NCBI GenBank assembly: GCA_013265495.1
Contig: MU060042.1
Coordinates: 4,088,258 to 4,152,257, forward strand
Direction: 5' to 3'
DNA: 64,000 bases
DNA from: Vicugna vicugna
Taxonomy: Eukaryota
Shown here: piece after piece, positions 22,973-35,624 of the stretch
Numbering within the stretch: the stretch's first letter is position 1
How the letters are laid out: each line of letters starts with the position of its first letter
Notes under the pieces: generated by a model
Database searches by the model: none
Seen by the model: the letters and a program-made list of their open reading frames with translations, nothing else
What the model was told of the DNA's origin: nothing
Made by a program: the position numbers and the translations under genes

Positions 22973-23624
22973 TTAAAACACAAGACAATTAGCCCATGGG
23001 GCAGTCAGACTTCTAAAGATGCCCCCAAGGTCCCCAGCCTTTGTTAATTCAAACTCTGCTCAGTGCACCACTGGGAAAGTGGCTCGAGATGACCTGGCAG
23101 ATGGGGTCTGATCAAGCGAGCCCTTTAAGAGCATGGAGTTCTCCCCAGCTGGTGGCAGGAGGAGAAGTTGACAGACTGACAGTGGAGAAGGACTCAGCAC
23201 ACCCTTGCTGGCTCCGAGATGGAGACGGCCGTGTTGGGGAAACGTGATGGTCTCTGGGAGCAGCTGGTGGCCTGGTCAACAGCCAGCAAGGAAATGAACC
23301 CCAGTCCTACAACCACAGGAAGCTGGCGCCCTCCAAGTCCGGGGGAGTTTAGAAGGAACATCTCCCCCAAATGAGGACCCAGCCCAGCAAGGGCCTTCCT
23401 CTGGGGCCGGTGAGAACTGAGTGGGGAAGTCGGTCGAGCCCACCTGGGCCTCCAACGCACAGGAGTCGAGCTGACAAATGAGGCCCTTCTGAGATGCTGC
23501 GTTTGAGGCAATTCGCTACGCAGCAGCAGCAAAGGAACGCGACACATAACCTGGCGCTCCCTGAGGCTGAGGGCACGCGCGCTCTGCTCCCTGCGCGGTA
23601 TTTACCTCAGCTCTTCCAGTGGGG

Positions 23625-23704
23625 AGGTCACCGCGGGAGGGGTCACTGCAGGAGAGGTCACAACGGGAGAGGTCACCGCGGAGGGGTCACCGCGGGAGAG
23701 GTCA
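23625..23704. repeat. Minisatellite, ~15-bp unit, ~6 copies
   Basis: Unit RGGTCACCGCGGGAG; RGGTCA starts at 23625, 23640, 23655, 23670, 23684 and 23699. Confidence 0.9.
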
Positions 23705-24974
23705 CAGAGGACGGGTAAGCTTAGAGAGGAAACGTGGAGGGGACAGTAACATGTCCACGCGGCCTCCCGCGTCTCCAAGCGCCAGGGCTGCTTGCCCATT
23801 GTCTTCATGCTCTGGAAGGTCTCTCATACGGGAGAGGGCAGTGTCGCCCCACATGACCCGAAAGACAGAACCTGCGGATCCATGTGCCGCAGGAAGCAGG
23901 CCCGGCCGCCCCGCAGGGTACCCACGACGAAGTGGGTCGAGTCAGAACATCATGGAGTAAAACACAGGCTGAGTCACTGTGGTGACAGAGCCTGTCGGGG
24001 CGTGTCTGACCCCAGGCCCGCACCCCCCCCCAGGAAACCTGGAAGGAAGGTCACACTTCCCGGTGGTCAGTGGTCCACAGGTGTGTCCTGGACACACGGA
24101 GCAGATAGGACGGTGGTCACTTCCCAGTGGAGGGAGGGGCAGACCTGGGGGTCTCCCTCTCTCTGCCCCTGGCCTTGTGTTCACTTGGTGGGGCTGGGAC
24201 AGCGGCCAGGGTCCTTGGGGCACCGCGTGGACAGTGGCTGTCCCACTGGGTGTTCAGTGAGTGAGAAATTGTGTTCTTCTGTGCTGCGTGGCTCTCTGTG
24301 CCCTCACTCTGACCCGGCCTCGCCAGCCACTCAACACAACCGTCGTGAGCGCGGGTTTAGGTGCCCAGTGGACGAGCGTGTGGGAATTTTAGGATCATTT
24401 CTCCTGAGAGCTTTGATTTTCTGGCTTACCAAGTTGTGTCAATGAGTCAGTGACCACAGCAGAACTGCTAAGTATTGTCTTAAGTACTGCTAACGTGAAT
24501 CATGGACCTACTGTGTGCTGAGCACCTCGCCGGAGTCTCTGAACACACCGCCTCGCTCTGTCCTCACAGCGACCCCACCGAGGGGCACTGTTCTCACTCC
24601 CCCTACAGGGAGGAGCAAGCCGAGGCAAGGGCGTTGAGCTGACAAGCCCGAGGTGGGACAACTGCCAAGGGCAGATCTGAGAAGGGGAACCTGGCCCTCC
24701 TAACACAAAACTGTGCACAGCAAGTCGGGCGGGTGGAGCAGATTGCCGGCAGCACTCTCAGCCGGAGTTCTGCAAAGGAGAAGACGGTTTTTTGTTTGTT
24801 TGTTTGTTTTTCTTTATTTCTGCTGCGGTCCCTGCTAAAGCCATGGAATTGCTCGCGTCGGCACTGTGCACGGTCTTCAAGGAGACGTCACACTTGTTTC
24901 ACGAGCAGGGTCCGTGATGAGAAATAAATAGGAAGAAAAATGTGTTCAACTGCAGAAGGCCACACATGACTGAA

Positions 24975-25255
24975 GCTTCTTCAATAGAAAACAAATGTAT
25001 GGTTACCATGGGGGCAAGGGGTGGGAGGGGATAAACTGGGAGTTTAGGATTTGCAGATACTAACTACTAATATATAAAATAAACCACAAGTTTCTACCGT
25101 AGAGCATGGAGAACTATAGTCAGTATCTTGTAGTGACCTGTAGTGAAAAAGGATGTGAAAAGGAACATATGTATGTGTATGTATGACCGACACATGATGC
25201 TGTGCACCGTAAATGGACACAACATTGTAAAGGGACTCTACTTCAATTTAAAAAA
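24975..25255 (+). mobile_element. 5'-truncated L1 3' UTR
   Basis: atggttaccatggggg...gggaggggataaactgggagttt...gaactatagtcagtatcttgtag...ctacttcaatttaaaaaa. Confidence 0.9.
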
Positions 25256-25279
25256 TGGAAAAAAATGAAGTGAATAAAA

Positions 25280-25700
25280 AGTGGAGTCCATTTCCCCAGC
25301 CCTGGGATCCGAGCTGGCTCAGGACTGGCTTTCGCCAGTGGAATGTCACAGGAGGAAATGAGGTGACTTTTGAGCTCCAGCCTCCAAGACATCCTACAGA
25401 TTCTGCCTCGAGAAGCCTCTACCCTACAGGGAAGCAGCTGTGACAGCAGACCACGTGAAGGCAGCCAGGCTCCGCCACTCCGCCAGCTGAGGCCCCAGAC
25501 CCATGAGTGTGGCCCCCCTCAACTGTCCAGCCCCAGTGGAGCCATCCCCTGGTAAAGCCTCGAGAACCATGCGGCCAAGCCAAGGACACACAAGAAGGAG
25601 CAAGTCAGCCTGGCTTCCCACTCTAATTTGGTGTGAACTGCTATTCAGCAACACTGATACACTAAAGGTGAAGTCTGTTACTAGACCAAACCACAACCCT
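25280..25700 (+). mobile_element. Old MaLR LTR (MLT1F-J-like)
   Basis: gagtccatttccccagccctgggatccgagctggc...gccagctgaggccccagac...ccagccccagtggagcc resembles older MLT1 subfamilies. Confidence 0.55.
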
Positions 25701-26381
25701 AGAACGTTCAGTTTAGGGAATCCTCCTCGATCAACTATAGGAAACAGTCCTGGTGACCTCTGAAGGGTTTTTTTTTTTTTTTAAATCCCATTTGCTAAAT
25801 CTAATTATCTCACCATTGATTTTAGAAATAATAGGTGATTTTTCCATCAATTGGTCAAAACTCAATTTCATTTATCACTGAGAGTTAAAAGGGAGTCTAT
25901 TCTCTTCCTTAACTCTATTTGGTTCATTTTCTGAACAGTCTAATAGCATTACATGCAAAGTATCTATTGGGAAATAATTCTACACTTAACGTTGGAGCCT
26001 GTGAGACCTCACGTGCTTAGGCAGGTCACACTGGGTCAATTATTGGTCATTTCTGAGAACTGTCTCCTTATGTGCTGCTGGAAGTGTCAGCAGAGATTTA
26101 CTGCTGTCATATCAAGCCAATAACCTGGCGTGGGGGAACTCTGTCTTTTGGAAAGGATATAAAAGCAAAGAACAGAGCACTCCGGGACACGAGTGCTCAT
26201 GGCATTTTGATTGATCCTAACGTCCTGGATAAATTCCAATCACAGTAATGGCATTCACTTATGCTTTCGTTATGAGCAATTAAGGCGCTCCTGTTTTGTT
26301 CCATTTCATTCTCTTGTAACTTATCTCCTCTGTGTAGTCAACCTGTTTCTGCACTGCTGAGTGACCAGGTAATGCTTATAC

Positions 26382-26755
26382 CAAGGTCTGAAAACTTTGT
26401 TCTGAAAAGAGGCAGAGAGTAAATATTCTAGGTTTTGCAGGTGAAGAGGTCAAACTGAAGACATTATCTTGGTATTTACATAAGAAATGAGACAACAAAC
26501 TTCCACAAATCTTCTGAAGACGTTCAAAATACAGTAACTATAATTCAGTACAATGTTTCAGGTCTGCAGTTAACTGAAAAACGTGGAATTCCTCGGCAGC
26601 CTAGCGTTCCACGTAACTGGGGCTCAAAGTCAATGTGCCCTGCGATAAAATCCACTGTAAATGTTCACCTGCAAAACCATTCTTACTTTCTGGATCATCC
26701 CAAAATAGCCGGGAGGCTGGATTGGACCCCCCAGGTTGTATTCTGGCTTAAGCCA
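26382..26755. mobile_element. hAT-Charlie MITE (MER58B-like)
   Basis: aaaactttgttctgaaaagaggcagagagtaaatattctagg...ggggctcaaagtcaatgtgccc...aaatgttcacctgcaaaaccattctta. Confidence 0.7.
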
Positions 26756-28509
26756 TAGCTTCGTCTATACCCAAGTGGGAAACAGGCTTTCTCACTTTCT
26801 GAACTGGATAAATGGGGAATGGATTTCAAGAGTATGTGGGGCAGGACTGTGGGGCAGAGTTGGGTCTTGGGAGGGAAGACATGGCGATGGTTCTCAATGG
26901 CTGCCAAGGGAAACAGCAGCCTAAGTATTGCTGCTTTTTAGACCCCAGTCTATGCATGGCTTTTTCTACTTGGGTGGAGCATCCTTCTGTGAAGTTTCTG
27001 AGTTATACGGCATTGCAGAACGGAAAGGATTTTATAAGACAACTTCACTCGATCCCTGCTGAGTGTACCCAGCTTGCTCGCCATCACCTAGCCTTGTGAT
27101 GAGGCCGAGGCTCCAGTCACCAGCCCAGGACGCCCTGCATCTCAGCACCCATCCTTCCCTTGTCTTGTTTTTCAATAGTCCCGCAAGATTGATTCTGAAA
27201 TCGGTTAACGCTTTATTAGCAGAAAGCCTTGGGGATATTGTTTTACAAACAGACAATTTTTAAAGCTCACTTTTGTTTGAATGCATTACTGGAAATGTGA
27301 ATATTATGGATTGATATTTCAGTCTAATTAAAACTGAGTTCAATTACTTTATGGTTAAATATATAGAGACTCTCTATATTATAATTTGTTGAAGCCACTG
27401 CATCAGGGTAACGTAACTGTTTTGCAGCTGGGGCTTTGAACATTCGATCAGGACCAGATTGATGTCTGGTCATCCTGCAGAAAGCTGGAGAGATTAGTCT
27501 CGGGGAGTTAGGACTGTGTTCTCCCGGAGATACCTGGGCGCAAGGCCGGCCCGCCCAGACCACGGTAGGCCAGCATTCGCTTGGAGTGAATATTGGACTT
27601 TCTCATTCTCAAACTTTTCAGCCCTGTGATTCAGTTGAATCTGAGGTCAAAGTCATGAGTTTGAGTATCACACGACTGTATCTCCCTCCTGAACCTGCTG
27701 CTTAAAAATATTGATTTACATAAGGGACAAGAGATTATGTGCAAATTTACCGAAAGACAGATTCTGTAGGTCCTGATGGCTTAAAGCACAAAAGAACTCA
27801 GGAGGGAGCGGCCCCAAACCACGCCTGCGCCTCAGGCAGCAGCGCGCCTGCACCTGCCGGGCCTCGCCGTGAGGAAACCATCCGGAGTCAGTGCAGATGA
27901 GAGGTGGTTCCTGGGATGGAAAGGAACCTGGAAGGCAGGCCTGTATTTGAGGACAGCCCTTGAGCCTGGTCAGACCAATGTCTCTCGATGACATTTCAGT
28001 CCCCGGGCTGGGAACCTCCGCCTTCCATTTTTCACCCCGGCGCCACCAGGAGGAAGCGAGAGAAACACCATTGCCCGCACATTCGTGTTAGTTTAAAGAA
28101 AACCTGGAAACGTTTCAGAATTTAAATTTAAGGGAAAGGGTAGCTCAGCAGCAAGCCTTGGCTCCACGCCGTGTGCTCGCTGTGCTGGAGGTGAGCTTTA
28201 CCGAGCCAGACTCACTCCTGCTCGGTGCAGGCCTGTGCGTCTGCACAAGCGTGGGTCACACCGCCACCATCACAGCCAGGACGTCACAGGACGTCTCCGC
28301 CCGCCCCCCGCGTGGTGGCCCGCCCGGCCGCCAGCCCCGGGCAAACGCTGGTCGTTTCGCGTCCCCCCAGTTTTGCTTTTTCGAGAACGTTAAAATCACA
28401 CAGCATGTCGTCTTTTGAGCCTGGTTCTCTCACTTACAGCCTGATTCTCTTACAATTCTTCCATGCTATTGTGTGTTCCTTCCCTTCTCATTTTTTAAGG
28501 GAAATGATG

Positions 28510-29420
28510 TATTTATGTATGTCTTTATTGCACGACGAACAGCTAACGTGAGACCCACCCTCTTCCCGTGTTTTGAAGGGCGCAGGACGGGGCTGTGAAC
28601 TCGGGCGCGAGCGGCGCAGCGGAGCTCCGGGGCCTGCTCCGCCCATCCTGAGCCTGGAAGCCCTCGCCGGGCAATCCCCAGTTCCTCCTCCCCCGCCCCG
28701 GCAACGGCCTCGCTACTCCCGGTCACTGTCATTTCAAGTGTCTTACAGAAGTGGAATCACACGGTTTTGTCTGTGACTGCTTATGTCCTGGAGGGTCATC
28801 ATATTGCGGCATATGGCAGGGTGACCTTTTTTAAGGCTGAAGACTATTTTGCTGTATGTATGTAATATATATGCCCCACATTTCCTCTAGCCGCTCCGCT
28901 GCTGAGGGACTCGGGGGTCACGCCCCCATCTTGGCCACTAGGAATAATGCAGCAGTGCTCATGGGAGTGCGGGTATCTCTTCAAGATCTTAATTTCAGTT
29001 CTTTTGGACAAACACCCAAAACTGGAATGGCCAAATCATACGGTAGTTCCATTTTTTAACTTTGTGAGGAACCTGCATACTATTATCCACAGTGCTGACA
29101 CCATTTTACACACCCACCAGCGGTGTACAAAGTTCCCAGTTTCTCCACATTCTCACCAATACTTATTTCTAAAAAAATAATAGCCATCCTAACAGGTGTG
29201 AAATAAGATTTCATCATGGTTTTGATTTAGTGATTTTGAACATCTTTTTCTTGTGCCTGTTGGCAGTTTGTACGTGTTCTTTAAAGAAATACCTATTCAA
29301 GTCCTTTGCCCAATTTTTACTGGATTACTTGCTTTTTTGCTGTTGCACTGTAGAAGTTCATTATATATTTTGGATATTAAACCCTTATTCAGATATATGA
29401 TTTGGAAATATTTTTGCCCA
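28510..29420 (-). mobile_element. L1MA-type fragment (3' UTR into ORF2 end)
   Basis: atgggagtgcgggtatctcttcaagat...ggtagttccattttttaactttgtgaggaacctgcatact...cacccaccagcggtgtacaaagttcccagtttctccacattctcaccaatact. Confidence 0.85.
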
Positions 29421-29710
29421 TTCATCCATGTTGTTGTATGAGTTATAATTCCTCCCCCTTTTATCACGGAGGCGTATGCTATTGCATGGCTGCATCATAG
29501 TTTGTTCAACCCATTCCAATTTAAAGGCATTTGGCTTGTTTCTAGTTGGGGGTGATTATGAATAAAGCAGTTATAAATATTTAAGTGCAGTTTTCTGAGA
29601 GCACACAAATTTTCATTTCTTTTGGGTAAATACCTACCTGAAAGAAAGGAAGGAAAGGATTGCTGGGTTATATAGTAAATGTCTGTTTAACTTGTTGAGA
29701 AACTATGCAG
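29420..29710 (-). mobile_element. Older L1 (L1ME-like) fragment
   Basis: attgcatggctgcatcatagtttgttcaacc...ggcatttggcttgtttctag...ttatgaataaagcag...gattgctgggttatatagtaaatg. Confidence 0.65.
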
Positions 29711-32338
29711 TTTACTTCCCAGTCAACACAGACTAAGGATATATTGCCTTTTCTATAAGAACAAGGAATAGAAATTCTTTCTATTATGAAATTCCTTTTT
29801 CACAGAAACAGCGCATGGAACAGGAGATTCAGATGAATCATAAATTTTGTTTGGCCCAATCTCTGCATTTTTCAGAACAAGGGAACTGAAGCCCAGAGAG
29901 ATGCTGCACATCCAAGCAGGTGGGATGAGGGAGGATGGAGCTGGACCAGGGCCGGACCACAGCCCCTGTTCCTTGCTGCCATCTCCTTGCTGCCTGTTCT
30001 ACCGGAGACTCTGTGAATCAGAGGGTGTGGAGGAAAAATCTATTTAGGGAAAGGAGGCCTTATACGTTAAGGAATAAGTGAGATGGAGGAGTGGAAGAAT
30101 GCAGATAAATTATTTGCATTAATCAAATTCACTGAGAAATGACACAACTCTCCATTTCCTTTGGTCCAATTACACACACACCTGAACTACTACATTTTAG
30201 TCCATCTCTGTTTTCTAGAGAACAGCTAATATCAGCATTAATACATTTATGTTTATCTTATTTATTCTTAAATTCCTACATAGAAAAATATGAAATTTAT
30301 CGTGATCAAAGCTCATGGTAGTACCCCCGACAGAACTGTCACCTTGTTCTTGATTTTGTTACGAGTCCATTCACTTGATTCAAGCTCCTCTTGTTAGCTA
30401 CATCCACAGTTAGTGCAGAGAAATTCTCTAATAAACATCTGAGATTAAAGTACCACTGCTGACAGCAAAATTACAATATGTAGTCCAAAGATGCATTCAA
30501 TTATGATCACTCAGAGGGAGGAAAAATGAGGGGAAAAACAAAACACAAAGACCACGTACACCAAGGAAAAGCAAGGTCTGGGAAAGTAAGTCACTTCTTA
30601 ATCCAATAATCTATTTTTAATTACCCACATTGTGGTCATTTACAGGGTAATCATTCCAGAGTCTCAAATATCCAATCTATTGGCCCAAAGCCGTGGGGGT
30701 AATTGCTTTATAACTGGGCAAGAATGTATCATCTAGGTCTGGTCTAGACTCAGCAAGGGTATTTGTAACCCATATTTAAAGCTGCATTTCTGGATAGGAT
30801 TCAATCTGCCTGAAACGTCCTGCTAATATTGCTTATTTTGTCCGATACTTTCACAAAGTGTTAAAGTATTTTTCTGCCTTGAACAAGTCCTTGTAGTTCC
30901 TTGCTCTGTAACCCGGTCGTGTGGTTTTGAGGGAGAATCCAGGAAGCAGCCAAGGCTTCTGTCGCTGCCAATGTCCCAGAAATTCCACGCGTCAGCCGCT
31001 GGAGAAAGGAATGCTGGCGGCGAGGGGTAAACTGGGATCCGGCCTCCGCACTGAACCCGGCCGCCGCGCTCCCACCTTCCTGCATCTCACCGTCACCCTC
31101 CCTGCAGCTGGCACTCTGTCGGCCTCAGGCGCGTTCCAGTTGTTCTCGGATACTCTGACCAGCAGTCAGAACCCGAAGTTCAAAAGCCCTCAGGTGCCCT
31201 GCTGCAGAAGAGACAGGCTGGGACTGTCACCAAAGCCCGCCTAAATAGTCAACAGGGACAGAGAAGAATGACTTAACGTGTGTGGCCGGCGGGTGATTGC
31301 AAACCCTCCAGAACAGGCTTTCTTCCTGGGACAGGCTGTTGTGTTTCATGTCACGTGGCTTCCCAAAGACAAAGAGGTTCCACCTCGGTCCTGTCTGCTC
31401 CCCTTTTCACTCTTGAATCCAAATACTTTTTCACTTTTCCCAGTTTGTGTTTGTAAACTGAGACACGAACGTCCAACTGGGACCCCAGAAACCAGGCCCC
31501 CAGAAACCAGGCCCGACAGGCCCATGCAGGTGAGACTCAGCCCTTTTCCCCCCTCAGGGGGGCCCGCCCTCCACCTGTTGTCTCCAGGGACCGCCCCAGA
31601 GAAGCGCAGGCAAGCGCACGCACAGGAGAGGGAGGACCAGACCCCCGGGGGCCCCGCTGGGGGCGGGGTCACGTGCTTCTCATCCCTGGGGGGGGCAGCC
31701 CTGAAGGCCACCAGGCTGTGCCCTTTCTGTTGACCTTGGCAGCACAGAGCCCTCTCCTCTAAGACTGGCAGGGCGGAGACCAGGACGCGCAGGCGCATGG
31801 CCTGCAGACACTCCTCTTGGCCACGGAGGGCCTTGGAAGTCACCCGTGCACGTGGCGGCGGGTTGTCAGCTTTTGTTTGCGGTTCAGCCCGTGCCAGCTG
31901 GTGCTCCGTGCTGGTCTCCGCGCCTCCTGACTCCCAGCTCACATGTTACGCACACAAAACACATCACCCCAAGGAGGCGACCTCTCCGATCCAGTGGTCC
32001 CCTTTTCTCAGACACAAGCTTGGGGGACGTTGGGGAGGGGTGTGGCCTGGGCCTGTGCCTCCTGGGCTGGGACCCTGACACGAAGCTGCCCAGCCAGCCC
32101 GCCCCGTGGGTGCGGCAGGTCTCTCCCGCCACCCCCTGTTCTCTTTGATCCGACCTTTCTTGCTTCATAAAGACATCCAGAGGCATGCAGGGGCCTCATG
32201 CAGATGATCTTAGAGGTTTCCCGGATGGCAGCGCCTGCCAGGATCCAGGGCCGGCAAAGCAAGGACACCGTGTTCCTGTCTCTGAAGTTTAATGTTGCAT
32301 CACAAAGATTCAGGAGGTATCAGGACTCAGAAGCCGAG

Positions 32339-32367
32339 GCGGTCCTGCGGTCCTGCGGTCCTGCGGT
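32339..32367. repeat. 8-bp tandem repeat (GCGGTCCT) x3.6
   Basis: gcggtcctgcggtcctgcggtcctgcggt read directly. Confidence 0.9.
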
Positions 32368-33089
32368 GGTGTGAGGCCGTCCTCATTACCAGCGTGCTGC
32401 TGCAGAGCCGGGCTCTCTGCGGAGTTACATGGCCATGCCCTTGGAAGTGCTGTCAATGATCCCAGGCGGCGTAACTCAGAATAGGCTGCAACCACATGTT
32501 CTTTATAAGCATTAGGCTGAGAATAAGTGGTTCCAAACTCTGGCAAGTATAACATTTTGATACCCGTTGCCACGCATCTGATAATTCAAGCTTGATCTCA
32601 GTGCGCTACTTCCAACGGGAAATAATGGAGCGGAACTCTCAGCCGGGGAACTTTCTCCTCCATATGCTTCACAAGTTCCCTGGGATGTGTAATCCTACTG
32701 GGAGCGCCATCTGTACAGACTCCACACAGGCTCGTGCTGGGGGGAGCTCTTCCCTGCTAACCAAGCCAGATTTCTTCCTGCAAATCCACTCAAACAAAAG
32801 GCAGGACTGTCTCCTGCCCGTCTTCCCAGCCACTCGCACGTGTTAAGGTGCAGCTTATGTGGCGTGTCTGTTTTCCGAGTTATGAGCCAACCTTACAAGC
32901 CCCAGCAAGGTGAACCGGGGAGTTCTTCAACTGGTCGAGAACCCACACACGCCACTTTCTCTCCAGGCATGACTGTGTTCGCTGAGAGAATAATCCTACC
33001 TGCATCCCACGCAGGGGGAGCTTGCTGTATCTCACCTATGAGAGTGTGAAAGTCACAGGGAGGGTCCTCCCTCCTGCGTGTGGGTGATT

Positions 33090-33210
33090 GTATAGGTATG
33101 TGGGTGTGTGTGTGTTTGCATATGCGTGTCTGAGTCTCTGTGTACGTGTGTCTGTGAGTGTGCATATGTGTGTGTGTGAGTCTGAGTTGTGTGTGAGTGT
33201 GCATGTGAGG
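33090..33210. repeat. Degenerate (TG)n low-complexity tract
   Basis: Read directly. Confidence 0.9.
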
Positions 33211-33849
33211 ACACAGGCAGCGGGTTTGGAACTGCAACTCCTAAGAATCTGACTGTACCAAGACAAGTTACACTGAGCTTCTGTTTACTTGAATATTCTT
33301 TAGCTGGATCCAAATTTACCAGATAATTGACACGATCATCTTCTCAGCTTTGCCTGAGAAGCAGACACCAGCCCTCTAAAAATGCCGATGGAAGCCTGCC
33401 TATTTCCTTCTTGCCGGAGCTGAACTGACAATATATGCAACAGTGTTTGTTCTAGTCAGGAAAGCTACACAGTTTTAGAGAATTCCACTTTAAAAAACTT
33501 AAGAATTTTATAAATGTGTAGTATGTGCTCAGAAACGTCTGAGAGTCTATGAGAATGACTGAGACATGAACTCTGGAAAAACTCACGACCTAGCAATGAA
33601 TAAAAATCGAACGTGATGTCAAGCACTGTGCGTGAGGCTGCTTCATGCGTTATCTTGGAGACGTCAGAAACCGCGTGAGAGCAGTTTTTACAAGTGACCC
33701 CAAAAGATCCCCATGGAATTTATAGCAGATTTTAAAATGCAGAAATACTTAGATAAACATATTAAATAAAAATAAACAGACTAGCTACAGTGCATAAAAG
33801 AACTATAAAGTGACCTAATGGTAAGAGGGAAGCAGACCAAAAGGGTGTC

Positions 33850-34188
33850 TGTGATGGACAAGGCCAACTCTGTTTTGGTGATCCGCATCCACTTAGGGAC
33901 AAACCTTGCCAACCGCGAGCCACAGCTTCCGCCTTCTGCCTGTAAAACCGTCCCGGACCTGAGTGAGAACTACTGGCGGGAGAGTTCATCAGACACGCCC
34001 CTCTCACCTTCAGCACTGCTCATTTGCATAAGAACCCCCCAGTCAGCTCCTACCCCCAGGCATAAATAACCAAGCCTGCAGGCAGACAGCAGGCTCCAGT
34101 CTAACTGGAGACGCCCTCTGCAGGTTTCTTGCAATAAACCTGACTCTGCCGTTGAGCTGTCTCTGAACTTTTCTCTCTGATTCTAACA
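33850..34188 (+). mobile_element. Solo ERV-type LTR
   Basis: TG...CA termini (tgtgatgg...ttctaaca), TATA-like cataaataa at 34061 and AATAAA at 34133-34138 in U3-R-U5 order. No clean TSD; family unassigned. Confidence 0.65.
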
Positions 34189-34544
34189 GTTTGTTCAGTT
34201 CTAGAGCTTTCTTTTTAACTCTCACTCCCACATGCATCAAGCATCCAATAGCTGTCTCATTGAATATGAAATGGTCATAATAACTGTATGCTAAAAGCTT
34301 GGATCACAACACTCTAGAGTTTGGAATGACTTCAGTCCATCGCTCCACCATTCAGAGATGCTAAGGCACAACGCATGTTCCTACTTTAAGGGTTTTCCAG
34401 TCATGTGATCAACAATATATAATTAAGTGTAATAAAGCCATGATGAAACCTAAAATATCATTCTGATTTTGTGACAAGATCCCATACTGTGTGCAACTGT
34501 GTCTTCATCTGACCTGCCCTTCATCTCTGAGTCCCCACTGCTGT

Positions 34545-34610
34545 GCACAGGAGACGTACCCAACACGTGTTTAATGAATGAACGAATGAATGAATGAACA
34601 ATGGGTGAAG
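34545..34610 (+). mobile_element. L2 3' end
   Basis: gtgcacaggagacgtacccaacacgtgtttaatgaatgaacgaatgaatgaatgaa; (TGAA)n tail. Confidence 0.7.
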
Positions 34611-35394
34611 GTCACAGGCCAGAGTACCAGGCACCTGCCATGACCTCACCTTCAGAGACTGAGAGGACACACAGGACACAGCAGTGAAGTGTATGTTCAA
34701 CACCAGAGAAACCAAGATGGACAGAATACTGACAAATACCAAGCATATCTCTACAATGTTTTTTCATGTGAGGTAAGTATGATTAGCCCTTTCTTCCAGA
34801 TGAAGAGACCAAGTCAGTGAGGTCTCTTGACCTCAGGGTCTTCCTCCCCTCAGTGCAGCATCTCTCTAATGAGCGGCTTCAATATCCATTCATTTCAGGA
34901 TGAGGCGTTAGGTCAATGCAAAGATGGTAGCTTTTCTACCTCCGTACTTTTGTTAAGCACTCTTAGAATTCAGACCAGTCACATGACTTAATTGACAGTC
35001 TGATACAGTGGGACTGTCTCCAAACATAAATCATGCAGCTCAGGAGCTCAAGAAAACAGAAACTAAAAGATCAGACCAAACTGATGCTTCAAGAAGACCA
35101 GAAGGGGCGTGAGTCTCTGTGTGAACAACAGCTTTCCCACAATACCAGGAAATGTGTAGGTCCTGTGCTGCTTGTAATGTTGGTTCCTGTGTAAATCTGG
35201 ATTTTTAAAAAGTTCCTCTGATTTTTGCTCCAAATATAATTTCTATCATTTCATTTATAGTAGAAAATAGCTCCACGTTAACACTTTACCAGGAAAAATT
35301 TCCCTCTTGAAATGATTCTCTAATTCATCACCCCTGTCCTGAATGGTTGCTAATTCTCTCCTTACACACATTTTTAGCTGATGCAACATAGTCA

Positions 35395-35600
35395 TGCTTA
35401 TAGATTGTGAAGTCCGACAGAACTGGTTTTAATTCCTGTTCCATCACTTTATAGATTAGGGCAGAGAACTGACACTCTCTAAGCCGCCATTGTTGTGGTT
35501 GTTAAAAGTGGGAAGAACACCTACTTTACACAGTTATTATGAGGTTTAGTAAAATGCTGAACACAAACCGGTACCTATTACAACACCTAGTACTAGAAAG
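35395..35600 (+). mobile_element. MIR SINE
   Basis: gtgaagtccgacagaactggttttaattcctgttccatcactt...cacctactttacacagttattatgaggtttag. Confidence 0.65.
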
Positions 35601-35624
35601 GATTCAATATAAAGGTAAGTACTA

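Noticed and set aside
23792-24445. 217-aa ORF
   Set aside because: No domain; long stop-free frames are expected by chance at this GC content.
28576-28728. CpG-rich patch as an ordinary gene promoter
   Set aside because: Short and collinear with the surrounding L1; reported instead as a substitution-bias finding.
31346-31942. 198-aa minus-strand ORF overlapping other ORFs
   Set aside because: Overlapping low-complexity ORFs on both strands and no recognisable protein.
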